This document shows positions 1 through 12,529 of a DNA stretch of 64,000 bases, in pieces. The notes beneath the pieces are model-generated. The model was not told where the DNA came from and made no database searches. It saw only the letters and a program-made list of their open reading frames with translations. The DNA is from Microthyrium microscopicum (Eukaryota). The first letter of the stretch is position 1; each line of letters begins with the position of its first letter. The position numbers and the translations under genes were made by a program. The stretch spans positions 1,498,814 through 1,562,813 of the forward strand of contig MU004240.1 in assembly GCA_010405405.1 (NCBI GenBank), written 5' to 3'.

Positions 1-2425
1 AATAGATTATGTTGAGCAATTGAAGCCACTCACCCATGGATGTTGTCGAAGCAATGCTAGTTCTACGTCGCGGTTCCTTCGGCATATCTTCAATGGATGG
101 CAGTGGTACATCTGCAATGGTCCGTCGCCGATCAGCAGAAGCTTTGCGCGATGTGTCTACAGCATTCGATACACGCGGTTGTCGTTGACGAAGCGCTCGG
201 CCATTTGTTGTCGGTGCTGCCATTGGAGCAGTAGGCTCTGCGCTCTTCTCCTTCTTGACGCGAATGTCTTTGGGATTTAGTTCAGCCTGGGTACAGCTGC
301 CGATTTGACGGTTCTGTGGAACGAGGAGACGACAGAGCTCTGAGGCGGCCGTAGCCCAATCGACATCAGGTGGCGGGGGCGAGGCGGCGCGGGATGTAGC
401 GACAGATGGTGCTCGTGAATTAAAAGAAGTCGAGCGGTAGACCTTGGTATGATCTACGATCTTCATGGCAGAAGCATGAGTTGGAGATGAGTACGTCGCG
501 AAGCGAGACTTCTTTGGTGCAGCTTTCTCACCACTTGGAGCTGGGTGTAGTAGATCGACGAGTTCGTCAAGATTGCTGCTCTCCCACCATTCAGTGTTGT
601 ATTTCATGAGAGTCTGCGTAGGTACGCTGTATGCCGGTGTGAGTCCGCTTAAGCCAACCTTTTCTTGCCCAAATCCATTGGTTTCTTCCTGCTTGACAGA
701 GATCACATCGTTGTCACAAAGACCGCTGATATGACTCAAGACACCGCTGACCAAGGCCTTATCGCTGTAGCCGCCTTCAAGGACGCTAATCACTCTTCCA
801 TCAACAGCTGTGCCCTCTTCATTGGCGAGTTCGACAATATCGCGAGTGATTCGTGCGTAAAACTCAGTTAGAACCTTGACGGAATGACGTTGCATGTCGC
901 CGATTTCATGCTCAGACGCATCGAAACCCGCTGAGATGAAAATAGCAGCCTTGGGCGCAGGTTGATTTTTGCCTGTCCGTAGTTCCTGAGTTCGATGTCG
1001 TAAGAAATTACGTGTCTTCTCGAGGATGACTTTGTACTGTGTTTCGTAAAGATGCCAGAACTCTTCGGGTTGTTGCCACTTTTGGAGATGAACGTTCCAG
1101 ATGGCCTGACCATGCGCGTTATCGACGCAAAGACTTGCCATTTGAGTTTTCTCCCGGTCACCAAGTTCACAAGGAAATGAGTTGATATCGTGCAAACTGA
1201 AATATCCTAGGAAGGACTTTTTCGAGTTGGGAAAGTTCTTAGCTTTGGGAAATTGCATACGCTCATTGTGACCCCATGTAATTTCTTGCGATCCGTCGCC
1301 ATGGTGTAAATCGAAATCGATGATCGCGGCGTGTGTCAAACCGTGGTTCTGGATGGCGTGTTGAATACCCACATGGACATTGTTGAGCCAACAAAATCCG
1401 GATGGCCAGTCGGAGGAGCAGTGATGTCCGGGTGGCCTCACGCAAGCAAATGCCTGCGATGGTCCCTTGCCTGAAGCAGTGCCTTGGAATACTGCATCCA
1501 CAGCGTCACAAACCCCACCCAGCGCACCTTCAAATGCTCTTATAGAGTCTTCAGACAGATACAAGTCTCCGGAGTGGAACTGATCTTTTGATTTTCCATT
1601 GACTGGTGGGCGCAATATTTCCACTGCGGCTGCGGCAATCTTTTGGGCTGTTGTATCACACATTCCTTGAAGCTCCTTCATAAGTTCCTTTCCATGAACT
1701 GCAGTAACAACATCCGAGTGCAGCGGAACTTTGCGCGATGATTTAAGGATCCGGAAGGGAATATCGGTCGTAGGCCCTTTTCTAGGGTGCGGCGCATGAC
1801 GACCTCCAGCATGGCGCTCTCCGAGGCGTACATAAGCTGCCGCTATTCCCATCACTCCAGCTTGTAGTCGCTCGGGCCGTTCGAAGATGGACAGAATTGT
1901 GTTTTTGGTGTTCAGTCGGGAGAACCGATGTCCATAGCAGTCATCATGAATGATTACAACAGTTTTGCAATCCGTCTCTTGATTTGGATCGGCATGAGTC
2001 GCAAGCTCCTGGCTGAAATGATCGGTCGCGATAGTCTCGGCCGTTATTGGCGCGGGCTCTTCCAGGGCAGGCATAAGTTGTGACAGGAGCAAGTTGGACG
2101 ATGAGCGTCGGTTATTGAGTTTGGGAGAATGTAGTGAGGTTGGAGAGTCTAAGCCACCGCGTAGACTCGAGCTTGAAGTTCTTCTTGCGAGCGCAGGTGT
2201 AGATGAGTAGCGATCGAGACTCATGGAACTGGCACTGCGACGAAGTGGGCTGGGACTTGGTCTATCATTGCGCAAGACGGAAGGCGACCGTCGAGGATGC
2301 GCTGGTGAAGACGGCGGTAGAGGAGTTTGCGCAGCAGTGTCTTGGATGTTTAGGCGTGAAAGTCTTTCGCCAAGGTGGTGTTGTCTCGCAGGTGAAGGCG
2401 AGGAGAACGTCTTGTTTCTCTCCAT
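1..2425 (-). CDS. HOS3: Histone deacetylase, Hos3/HosB type (3' end outside window)
   Basis: Manual translation from ATG at 2425 (MERNKTFSS...) gives TVVIIHDDCYGHRFSR, ERPERL, GDLYLS, RPPGHH, GFCWLNNVHVG, IIDFDLHHGDGSQ, SLHDINSFPCE, SAGFDASE and VLEGGYSD. The long exon runs 2425..34, then a GTGAGT donor at 33. It is absent from the ORF track because the frame stays open to the window edge. Confidence 0.93.
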   Translation of the reverse strand, partial: MERNKTFSSPSPARQHHLGERLSRLNIQDTAAQTPLPPSSPAHPRRSPSVLRNDRPSPSPLRRSASSMSLDRYSSTPALARRTSSSSLRGGLDSPTSLHSPKLNNRRSSSNLLLSQLMPALEEPAPITAETIATDHFSQELATHADPNQETDCKTVVIIHDDCYGHRFSRLNTKNTILSIFERPERLQAGVMGIAAAYVRLGERHAGGRHAPHPRKGPTTDIPFRILKSSRKVPLHSDVVTAVHGKELMKELQGMCDTTAQKIAAAAVEILRPPVNGKSKDQFHSGDLYLSEDSIRAFEGALGGVCDAVDAVFQGTASGKGPSQAFACVRPPGHHCSSDWPSGFCWLNNVHVGIQHAIQNHGLTHAAIIDFDLHHGDGSQEITWGHNERMQFPKAKNFPNSKKSFLGYFSLHDINSFPCELGDREKTQMASLCVDNAHGQAIWNVHLQKWQQPEEFWHLYETQYKVILEKTRNFLRHRTQELRTGKNQPAPKAAIFISAGFDASEHEIGDMQRHSVKVLTEFYARITRDIVELANEEGTAVDGRVISVLEGGYSDKALVSGVLSHISGLCDNDVISVKQEETNGFGQEKVGLSGLTPAYSVPTQTLMKYNTEWWESSNLDELVDLLHPAPSGEKAAPKKSRFATYSSPTHASAMKIVDHTKVYRSTSFNSRAPSVATSRAASPPPPDVDWATAASELCRLLVPQNRQIGSCTQAELNPKDIRVKKEKSAEPTAPMAAPTTNGRALRQRQPRVSNAVDTSRKASADRRRTIADVPLPSIEDMPKEPRRRTSIASTTSMGEWLQLLNIIY

Positions 2426-3027
2426 AGCGAATGGAGGGGAAGCCCAACAATGAAAGTGAATCTGTGGAACCTTGGGAAAACTTGTGATACAGGAATGATG
2501 TCTTGCCTTCAGGTGTTGTTTGTTTAGCCCCTTGCCAGAGAACGTGGTGGGCACGGACTATCTTTTACGACGCGATCAAAAGCAGGCGCGTCATAGCGCG
2601 CTATCTCCACACTACTTCTTATCCGGTTAGTCATTTTAGCGCATAGATCTTCGGAATAACCTCCGATCAACTTCGACTCAACTACACTCGTGAGAACTAT
2701 CCACAGAGGAAGCCGATGAAAAAAACCAAGAGTCAAGTCTAAGGCTCTGCCTTTTGCGGGCAAACGACCGGACTTAAGGCGATGTTCTGCGCTAAGTAGC
2801 GCAGTGATAAAAGATGTCCATTGCAGCAGTTCAATCATATCTCCATATAGAGGATTCATATAAAGAAAGTTTGAGCCTAATGAGTACCTGAGCGCTACCC
2901 GGACTTCTTTTTTATTTTGAGACGTAAAATCCGCTGCATCTCTTGCTCATATATAAGATGATGGCACGATTGCTGCTTGCTTTGACGAAATGACGGAGTC
3001 GATTTCTCTTACCTGCATGTTGCTGCA

Positions 3028-4734
3028 ATGAAAATACGGTACTCGATATCACTTTTGGTGGCTGGAGTTGTTTCGACACTGCTAGATGCAGAATTCTTTA
3101 GCATCCCTTCTCCGGGTACAGACATTACTGCCTTTCTAGGACCCCGACTATCGTCCAATGCTGCGATAATTCTTCCCAACCAACCCAATTGGGCCAATGC
3201 TTCAGCAAGATGGCAAGGATACTCGATTCCAACTTATCAAGCAGTAGTCGAAGTATCCACAGAGAAAGACATTCAGCAAACGGTAAGCTCAGGAACCGAC
3301 CGAGAAATGTTGAAAATCGTCCTAATTGACGATAGATACTATTCGCCAATAATCATTCCATCCCATTCATTGCCATTGGTGGAGGCCATGGCTACACAAC
3401 TACTATGGGCAGAATGAAGAACGGGATTGGCATCTCACTGAAAAGAATGAAGACCATAGAGCTTGATAAGAACAATAATACCGCTCATTTTGGACCAGGC
3501 CTTACCAATGGCGAAGTTCTTCGAGGACTCGAAGCACTTGGAAAACGAACTGGTGAGGACATTATCACCAACCGTATTTACACGAGCTCACTTCCAAAGC
3601 AACTGGAAACTGCGAATGTGCTGGACTAGGAGGACTACTACTTGGCGGCGGAAAAGGACTGCTGCAAGGAAGATTTGGACTGGTCGCAGACAATCTTGTG
3701 GAAGCGCGAGTCGTCTTAGCAAATGGCAGTGCTATCACAGCTTCAATAAACTCAAATACGGACCTGTTCTGGGCGTTGAAAGGGGCTGGACATAACTTTG
3801 GTATTGTGTCAGAGTTTCATCAAAGGATCTATAGCAGCGAACCTGAAGAAAAGTGGGTGGTTACGGAGTCTTTCTTTACACAAGATAAACTCGAAATTCT
3901 GGTCCAAATAATGAATGGTCTTTTGGATAACGGAAAGACGCCTTACCCAGTTGGCCTTGCTACGTTCTTAGGTTTTATGCGGTCACCGGAACGGGACTCT
4001 ACAAAAGTAAGCATATATTTTACGCACCTAAGAGCCCACCCACTGACTCAAATTAGGCGGTCCTTCGCTTACTGTTGATTCATCCAGGCTCGAAAAAGGA
4101 AGCTGCGAGACTTCTCCAACCATTTGACAGCATTACGCCTATCTCGCGACAAACTAGTGTCACAAAATACACAGGAGTTGTGAAAATCATCGGGGTTTCT
4201 GACGATGGCCCTGGTTGCCGTCCACCAGGAGCCAGACACTCCTTACCCATCAGCCTGTTATCCTACAACGTCGACGCCATGAGAGAAGCATATACCATAT
4301 TCAACAACTATACAGCTCAGCATGAAGAGTTGTCTAAATCCGCAGTCTTGTTCGAGGGCTATTCTACCCAAGCCGTTCGAGCTGTTGCCGAAGAAAGCAC
4401 TGCTGTTTCTGATCGCCAGTTCAATATTCTTGTGTGCGTTACAGCTCTAGATGCGCTCAGGACGTCGCTAACGATTTCTAGTGGTAATTTCGTGCATCAT
4501 TCCGCCGCAGCGATTGTAGCGGTAGAGCCCGCATATCTCTACGGACGAAAGATTCGTGATGTGCTTTTCGCGGGCAGTGGATTAGGAAGACTTCCGGCGT
4601 ATGTGAATTATGCTTATGGGGACGAGACGGTGGAGCAGATTTACGGTGATGGATGGAGGATGGAGAAGTTGAGAAGGCTGAAGAAAGAGTATGATCCGAG
4701 TGAGAGGTTCAATTTCTATAATCCGATAGTTTAA
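3028..4734 (+). CDS. Secreted FAD-linked oxidoreductase (BBE-like / FAD_binding_4, AA7-like)
   Basis: Signal-peptide-like N-terminus. Spliced frames give IGGGHG (His for covalent FAD), TGNCECAGLGGLLLGGG, DLFWALKGAGHNFGIV and the BBE C-terminus YVNYAYGDE...KKEYDP..RFNFYNPI. Four introns. Confidence 0.9.
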
Positions 4735-5696
4735 GGAAACTACATGAGCAGCAGCATCTACTGGAGTACTGGTCAGTACTGTACCATATACAGCAAGCTC
4801 GCTTACTCGTCCAGATACTGTGTTGTAAAGTCTGGATAACGATTACCCTTAACTTCGCACTGCGAAAGAAGCTGATCAATCTCCTTCATGTCCACTGGAG
4901 TCATTTCTATAACCTTCCCATTTTCGCGAACTCTATCGGCCTTGCTAGCGCCAGGAATAGGGATAATCTTTGGCAAGCCTTCAGACTTGGACAAGGCAAG
5001 CGCCCATCCAGTCGCAACTTGTCCCGGGGTGCATCCATTCTTCTCCGCAAGCTTCCTGACGGCGTTCACAAGCTTCAGGTTGGCCTCAAGATTCTCACCT
5101 TGAAAGCGTGGCAGAACACGTCGAAAGTCATCTTTGTCCAAGTCATCGAAAGACTTGATATCTTGCGTGAGAAGGCCATGACAAAATGTTCCATAGCTAA
5201 ACTAAGTGAGCGACAAAAGTAACGTAGATGGAGAACAGTACTTACGCATGAATAGGAATGTCTAGCTCAGAGCAAGCATGCGCGACACCGTTCGTCAGTG
5301 CGTTAGTCGTGAACAAGCCCAGCTCATATTCGACGGCCAAGATCTTGACAAATCTGCTTGCATTTCTGATAGTTACGCCGCTCGCCTCGCTTAAAGCAAC
5401 TCCTCCGATCCATCCTTTGTCTTGACACTCTTTAAGCGCCATCATAGTCTCTTCCAATGGTACGCTCTTATCGACCCGTGCCGGCTCGAACATGTCGATC
5501 TTTTTGATATGCGGAGGGAGTTGTTGAATGGCTCGCTGTACATCGCGAAATACACCCTCCTTACTACCGTCTGGTTCCATCTTGCCAACAGCAGTGCATC
5601 CCTTGATATTCAACTGAACCTTTGCAGCGTCCTCGGGATATTTCTCAAAGTATTTGCGGAGAAGAGTAAGCGAATTACTCTCCGGGGTACCATAAA

Positions 5697-5781
5697 GGGG
5701 GATTCTAAACGACCCCTTCTTCCAGCTAATCTCCCCCTAACTTCCAGCTATTCTCCCCCTAGTAGATCCGAAGCCGAAGGA
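5697..5781 (+). repeat. Left TIR of the MULE
   Basis: Reverse complement of 8626..8710 with 3 mismatches in 85 bp, all transitions. Contains an internal direct repeat CTTCCAGCTA(A/T)TCTCCCCCTA x2. Confidence 0.95.
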
Positions 5782-6149
5782 GCTATTCCTAAATAGGAAG
5801 TCCGTAATAAATTCATAGTATTATGGTAGTACTAGAGCATAATTTTAGTATCTAAAGATCTAATATTTTATCAACTAAAGCACTAAAACTACGCTAGTAG
5901 CTATAAAGCTATAATCCTAAGAATTCTATAATTTTGGGCGTAAAACCATAAGATCTATAGAATCCCAACTATATAATATCTCTTTACTGTTTTTAAAGCA
6001 TAAAATAATTATTCCGTAACGTATCTTAACCCTATTTTTGGTATAGTAATAAATTAAGTATCCTATATCCTATCCTAACCCCCGTTTTGGTGTAATAATA
6101 TTATAATTACTTGCCATAAGCTCGTCTTCCTCGTCCTCTACGAGATCTA

Positions 6150-8340
6150 CGCCCTCTACGCCCTTTACGTTATAGTGTTAGTTAAGCTAAAGCGGCCTAA
6201 AGAGCTATGATTTGGCGGTATAATTTTGCTATCTTAAGATCTTTATTAGCCGTAATATTCTTATGAACGCGCGCTAAAGGTTTAATAACACGCTTCTTAC
6301 GCTGTGGAGCTTTAGCCTAATTAGTGTCTTTAGCCTAATTGGTGTCTTTAGCTAAGTTAACAGTCTAAATAGGATCTAGTAGAGCTTTAAGAATCGCGTT
6401 AATGTCCTTAAAATCCTTATTATCTCTCTTCTTAATTATTATAAGCGCTAATAAAGATGCTATAGCTAAATTTATAGTATTTAATGCCGTTAAAGTTATA
6501 TTCTTATAAGGACGTTCTCGTTTACATTTTAGAGGACCTATTAAAGATACTAGTGTAGTTAAAGCTACTAAAGTAGGAGGAATCTCTTAATATAAGGGAT
6601 CTCAATGAGTTGAAGTTATATTAATATTAGCTTAAGGATGTCTACTACTATGAATAACTATAGGAGGAAGAATTTAAGCTTAAACTAGTAGTATAAGTAC
6701 TAGAAGGAAGCTAGTAATTAGCTACGCGCTATTATAAGCGTTATTAAGAGGTCATTTATAGTACTAATATAAATTAACGTCTTCTCTATCTACTATCTAC
6801 TATAGTATAAATACTAATTATACTTAAATAGTATAAGAATAAGGTAATTTATAAATAGCTTTAAAGAAGCTAGTATAGCGCAGAGTATTTAGTATTATAT
6901 CTTTTACTTTATAGAATTACTTTATAATCTCTAGAATGGCGTAATTAGTAATAGCTTCATAAAGTCGCGGAAAGAGGATTAGAACTAATAAAGTGCTAGT
7001 ATTTAATCATACTTGAATTAAATCTAAACTAATAGCTTTATAGATATAATTAAGAAAGGTATAGGTAGCGTTCTTATAATATACTACTACTTAATTAAGA
7101 TCTAGCTTTAAAGAACTAAGCCATTGTTTAATAAAGCTATAGAGACCTTCTAAAGGTAATTATAAGACGGTAGTAAAGTAGTAAGCACGCTTAATAAAGG
7201 CCTTATAAAGTTCTTCCTTATAGTTAAGCTAATTATTACGAAGATAGGATATAAAATCCTTATGTTCTTTAAACTATTCTATAAGTATAGTCTACGCAAT
7301 CTCGTAGTCTTTAACGGTAGTAGCTTTAATAATATTCTGCTATATCGATATAGCAAGCTTTTGCTATTTATCTATATTATTAAATGCTTTAAATCTAGAG
7401 GGTATGTTAATAGTACTAAATATTGCCTTAATGCGGAATTTAATAGCCTTATTAACGTAGAAGAGGCAAAGAATCTAAGGGACATCTAAGAAGCGCTCGC
7501 TAATAGCGTTCTTTAACGCTATATATTTATTTGTAATAATAACATTTAGCATCTTTAAGTTATTAAATTAAATATAATCGTTAAAAGCTTTTAAAGCGTT
7601 AGAATACTACTATTACTTCTTACTAATTATAAACATAAACGCTATAGAGAAGTAGTAATTTATTAGTATCTTACTAGTAATATAAAGCAATAGTATATTA
7701 TAATAATTAGTATAGTAAGTATAATCTAAAAGCAAGATGTCTAGATACGATTGAAATATTATAATCTACTTTATAGTGGTAAAGAATAGTATTTTAAGAT
7801 TATTATTATTGTTCGTAAGAACCTTAATATTCTAGGTATTAGGATTAGCGAGGAAGGAGTCTAATATAGCTTAAAGAGGAGTACGACTATTTAGACGTAG
7901 TAATTGTTCCTTTTAAAGCAAGTTAGTAATATCTTTTAAGACTAAATTATTAGCTAGATCCTTTATAGCGAGGGTGCCTATAATACGTCAAATAGCAATG
8001 CTACTAGATAATATATCTTAAGCTTATTAAGCAATATTCTTATCCTTTATCTCTTAATAGCGATGAATAGGATATGTAGTAGTATGTTAAGAGCTAGAAT
8101 AGTTATAATCTTTATCTTTAAAATATATATGCCATTGCTTAGTAGTATTATCCTTTTTAAGCTTTAATTTCTATAGACAACTAACGCGTTTAGTTAAGGA
8201 ATTCTACGCGCTAGTAGATGTTAAGATATTAAAGCGGCTACAATCGTAGGCAAGGTAGTAAGTATATTTAATTGCGTCTTTAGGGTTAGGCTTTAAGCGC
8301 TTAGTAATAACGGCGTAACTATGCAAAATGTCATAATTAT
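6150..8340 (-). pseudogene. MULE transposase remnant (boundaries approximate)
   Basis: Stop-riddled minus-strand translation still shows YAVITKR (FAR1-like N-region), VIITNKYIALKNAISERF..DVP*ILCLFYVN (MULE D...CxxH after reversing C>T/G>A), LEGLYSFIKQWL, and TSFFKAIYKLPYSY (degenerate SWIM-like LPCxH). Confidence 0.8.
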
Positions 8341-8625
8341 TAATTATAGAAATTACTTCTTTAGTTATTACGTACGTATTATCTAGTAGGTCTAGTGGTA
8401 GAGCTATTATTTAGTATAGATATAGTAGTGTTATAGAATTTATGTAGTAGAATTTATGTATTAGTAGAGAGTTATTTTAGTAAATATTAAAGACTTAGAA
8501 GATTTAAAGGACTTGAAGGATAGATTACGCGGGACTTGACGCTAGTGATACAATATAATGAAATTATTATGGAACTAAACTAAATATAGCTAAAGTAAAC
8601 GCTACTACCGAGCCCTAACCCGACA

Positions 8626-8710
8626 TCCTTTGGCTTCAGATCTACTAGGGGGAGAATAGCTAGAAGTTAGGGGGAGATTAGCTGGAAGAAGGGGTCGTTT
8701 AGAATCCCCC
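8626..8710 (-). repeat. Right TIR of the MULE
   Basis: Inverted copy of 5697..5781, immediately followed by the TSD TACCATAAA. Confidence 0.95.
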
Positions 8711-9830
8711 TACCATAAAAGGTCCCTCCATTCCATACTGTACAGCCAAGTTCAATCGCTGTGCGCATCGCCTCGAAAGCCTGTTCCTCGGGGACATGTG
8801 TAGTGGAGTGACGAGAAGTCAACCCTGATCGAAGTGAGTATTTGCAATTGAAGTTACTCTGCATTTTTCGAGGTCTAGTTCTTACCCATGAGGCCGTAGC
8901 CAATGGGTCCGTGGTCAGCCATCGTGCGTAGTTGGCCCTGAAAAATGGATAAAGTTGGACTTTTAGAAACCTTTATCCCATCTCACCAGCTTCAATGTAC
9001 TTAAGTATTTATCTATCTAGTTGTATCCACCAAGTGGAGAAGCGGAGACAAGAGTTTTAAATCCGCTACGGGCGCGCATTACCCAATATCCGTACTGTTA
9101 CTCTATCGTTTGACGCTCGTACACCTCACGCTCGGCAATCTTCATGTCCGGGCCTTAACTACGCGATGAATGAGAATCATTACTGGGCCTAACCTTCTCG
9201 AAATGCAGAGAGCGTCGCGATATGATCCATTTCCTAGCCCAATTGGGGCTTAGACGAGACGGGTATGACACTGGTTTTTATGCGGCGCAGGGTCATGATG
9301 AAACATAGAAAGCCTTCCTAGATCTTCTGCGAAGGTGCAGTTGACCAGCAAGCTGGCATGAAGATGAGAAGAGTAGCACTTCTGAATTCAGAGGCTAGAA
9401 ACAGGACGAGACCTTTAAAGATACCTTAGAAACCTCAGGAGAGATATCTTTAACAGGGACCTAAAAACCACTTTCGTTTCTCGATAGGGTCTACGGTATG
9501 AATTTAATAAGCTCTTCAAGAGAGCGTCTAACGAATACGAAAATATGCTTGATACAAGATAGGTGCCAAGTAGCTTATTGATTGGTCGAATGCTATTGCA
9601 GTTTTCAGCCTGATGACATGTCTTGGCAGCCTTTGAAGTAAATGAGCTGTTTGATTAAATAGTCGAGAGGCTGCGATACCTGCCAGCAGTTGAAATATAG
9701 ATCAAGCAGTTGATTAGAAACTCACAAAGCTCACATTCATCGAGTTTCATTTTACTTCGCAGTGCGGTAGCAATTTCGATATGTTTGGACTATAGGATTA
9801 ATAGGTACAGGAACAAATCAGAGTAAGAGA

Positions 9831-12529
9831 TCAAGATCTCCACCGCCGATGCAAATCCATCGCAGTCCGCACCCACCTCCGTTCCATAGGTGACGAAGTT
9901 GGCACTGCTGTAGGTGGAACACTACTAGTGCTATTCGTGAGATGATGCCCTTGTGCTCCCCTGGGCTTCTCACGTGGTGGACTAGACACAGGGAGTTCTC
10001 CAACTGAGCTAATTCCACCATCAGATCCATTGAAGCTAAAGGGAGGATAGTCGCTCAAAGATGGTGGCACATCGGCTACATGCGTTCCCCACGTGCTCTC
10101 TGTGGTCCCAACGCGTAGGACAAGCTCGTTATTACCCAAAAAGAAGCTGTGACTGAGCCAATTCTTTGTGTATGGTTGACCATTGAGTGTGGCATTTTGA
10201 ATGAAGACTGCGTGGTAGGTGGGATCAAAGTTCTCGATGGTGATTTTGGCTGTAGCATTGCCTAGGGGCGAGGTGAAATTGACGGATCTGAAGTAGGGTG
10301 GGATGATGAAATAGACATCTTGTCCTGGATTGGGGAAGATACCCATCATGTTGAAGACCGTGAAACTTCCCATTGCCCCTGAGTCATCGTTGCCAGGAAT
10401 GCCGTCTTTGGCTGATGAGAATCGAGATGGGATGTAGAAATGTGAGCGGCGTGCACTCAATCCAGGCCGTCCGGCATAGTGATATTGGAATACCGTGAGG
10501 AAGCTTGGTTCATTGCTAATGTCTCCCACTGACTGATCATGCAGGTAGTTCAGACGCTGCACAAAGTTGGCTTGTCCACCGTAGAGCTGCATGAGTCCGG
10601 CTTGGTTGTGGGGTACATAAAAGCCGTACTCCCAGATCGAGGACTCGAAGGTTTCACCAGCAGTATTTTGAAGCGAACAGACACTGTTTGGATTAGGGTC
10701 CAGTCGGGAGCAGTACAATGGATTTTGATATCCCCATGTCTTGTTGAGATATTTAGGTTGGAAGAAGCCAGTGAATCCGGTTGAGGTTCCGTTGTACAGA
10801 TTTGAAACAGCACTACTATTGAACAAATTTGCCCAATTCTGACTTCGCTTGACGTAAACTGCGGTATCAGCAGTTTTGCCGAGTTTACTAGCCATAAGGG
10901 AAATGGTAAAGTCGTTGTATGCGTATTCCAAAGTACGGGAGAGACTTCGAGTCATAGTTCCAAAGCCTTTGTAGTCGAAATCCTGCACCGGGATGTAGCC
11001 AAGAGTCTTCCAGCTGTCCAAACCCCCACGTCCATGACAGCACCAGTCGAAAGGCTCTTCTTCGGCATCCTTTACGACCGCCTTATAGCCTAGATTCCAG
11101 TCAATGTACTGCGAGATACCCTTCAGATAAGCATCTGCAAGAATAACGTCGGCGTTCGAACCACCCTGAGTATATCCACGGGAGAATGTCATGCGACAAT
11201 CAGGCAACCAGCCATCATGAACATATGTATCGATCAGAGATCGAATCATTCTGGAGACAGATACTGGATCAAAAAGAATCAAGAACGGAATCTGAGATCT
11301 AAAAGAGTCCCAAAGGCTTTGGATGAATCAATATCTTGAATTCGTTGAAGGCTTCTCAACATACCAGTAGAAAGAATCAAAGTAAGGCTCGTCGCTCTTC
11401 CAAAGAGGATTTTCACCGGTATAATCCTGGGGGTTGATCATTGTTCGGTAAATACCACTAAATCAAATCAGTTGTGCCTTAGCTTTCAACACCTGAGTTG
11501 CGCCATACCTGTAGAAAATAGTGGTAAAAGAAGAGTTGACACCTGTATCATCGACTCTGATTGGCTTCAACTTCTCTCTCCACAGCGACTGCGAAGCTTG
11601 TATGACAGATTTGAGGTCAAACTGCGGGATTTCGCTTTCACCATTATAACATGCCAGTTCTGAGCTGATGAAACTCAAGCCAACTCTAGCACGTACCTTT
11701 GAAGTGCCGTTTGCGAAACGAACAAAAGCTCCACCAGGTAGTGGGTAACCATTGATTGATCGGGAAATGGTCAATTCTTTGGCCTCCGTGCTTGCTCTGC
11801 TGTTAACAAAAATACCATTGTCTCGAATGCTGGCTCCGTGAAAATCGACACAAAAATAGGCCTGGTAATTCCCGGTCCCGAAACTGGGAAGGAACCTAGC
11901 ACCACCTTTCATTCGACCAGATTGAGGGTCTACTGTAACCGTTCCGTTGTCTTGCCGACTATCTGAGAGATCCGTGAGATCCATCAGAATTAAAGGACTG
12001 CTGCCTGCTGGAAAATCGAACTCAAATATTGAAGTTCGGTGCGTAGATGACATTTCGGCACTGACTCCATTGCCTAGCTTGATGGCAAAATGACCTGGTC
12101 GGGCTACAACGCTTTCAGGAACAAAGGACACGGCTCGTGCCTTCTTTGGAAAATTGCATCTGTTGATATCATCTCCAGGACACGAAGCATATGGAAACAA
12201 TTGAAAGTTGCCGAGAGAAGGGCTACCACCAGTACCAGAATCGTGCAAATTTCCGAATCCAGTTACCCCAGCTTGCGGATTGAAAACAAAACCTCCTTGG
12301 TTTGATTCATCATTAGTGTCTGCCACTGGTTTAGCAAGGCCGTAGGGAATCGAGGCTCCAGAAAAGACATTGCCTGCGAACGTCAGCATTGCGCATTGTA
12401 TGATAGTAAGAATCTACCTCCGTTCTGGGACCCGATAAGAGGATCGACGTATTTGAGAGGGTCCCATTCATCAGCAGCAACAAGAGCACAGTGAGCCCCG
12501 AGTAAGACTGCTAGAAGCGGCCTATACAT
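9831..12529 (-). CDS. Secreted GH92 alpha-1,2-mannosidase
   Basis: ATG at 12529 with a signal peptide, then DPLKYVDPLIGS, GNVFSGASIPYG, LHDSGTGG, TQGGSNAD, SRTLEYAYND, SNEPSF and PGNDDSGAMG. Three introns; ORFs 11463..12389 and 9831..11282 are exon cores. Confidence 0.93.

Larger units (their letters stand above)
5697..8710 (-). mobile_element. Mutator-like (MULE) DNA transposon, 3,014 bp, RIP-degraded
   Basis: 85-bp terminal inverted repeats starting GGGGGATTCTAAACGACCCC. 9-bp target duplication TACCATAAA at 5688..5696 and 8711..8719. The interior is AT/TpA-rich and carries transposase remnants on the minus strand. Confidence 0.95.
4803..8922 (-). pseudogene. Aldo-keto reductase (pyridoxal reductase-like) disrupted by a Mutator insertion
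   Basis: Exon 1 (8922..8886) reads MADHGPIGYGLM. Exon 2 reads ...WNGGTFYG, then the insertion, then TPESNSLTLLRKYFEKYPEDAAKVQLNIKG. Downstream are KIDMFEPARVD, IGGVALSE, PRFQGENLEANL and IIPIPG. Removing 5697..8710 plus one TSD copy restores the frame. Confidence 0.9.

Noticed and set aside
7262..7489. 75-aa plus-strand ORF inside the AT-rich block
   Set aside because: Antisense to the decayed transposase; chance ORF in RIP-mutated DNA.
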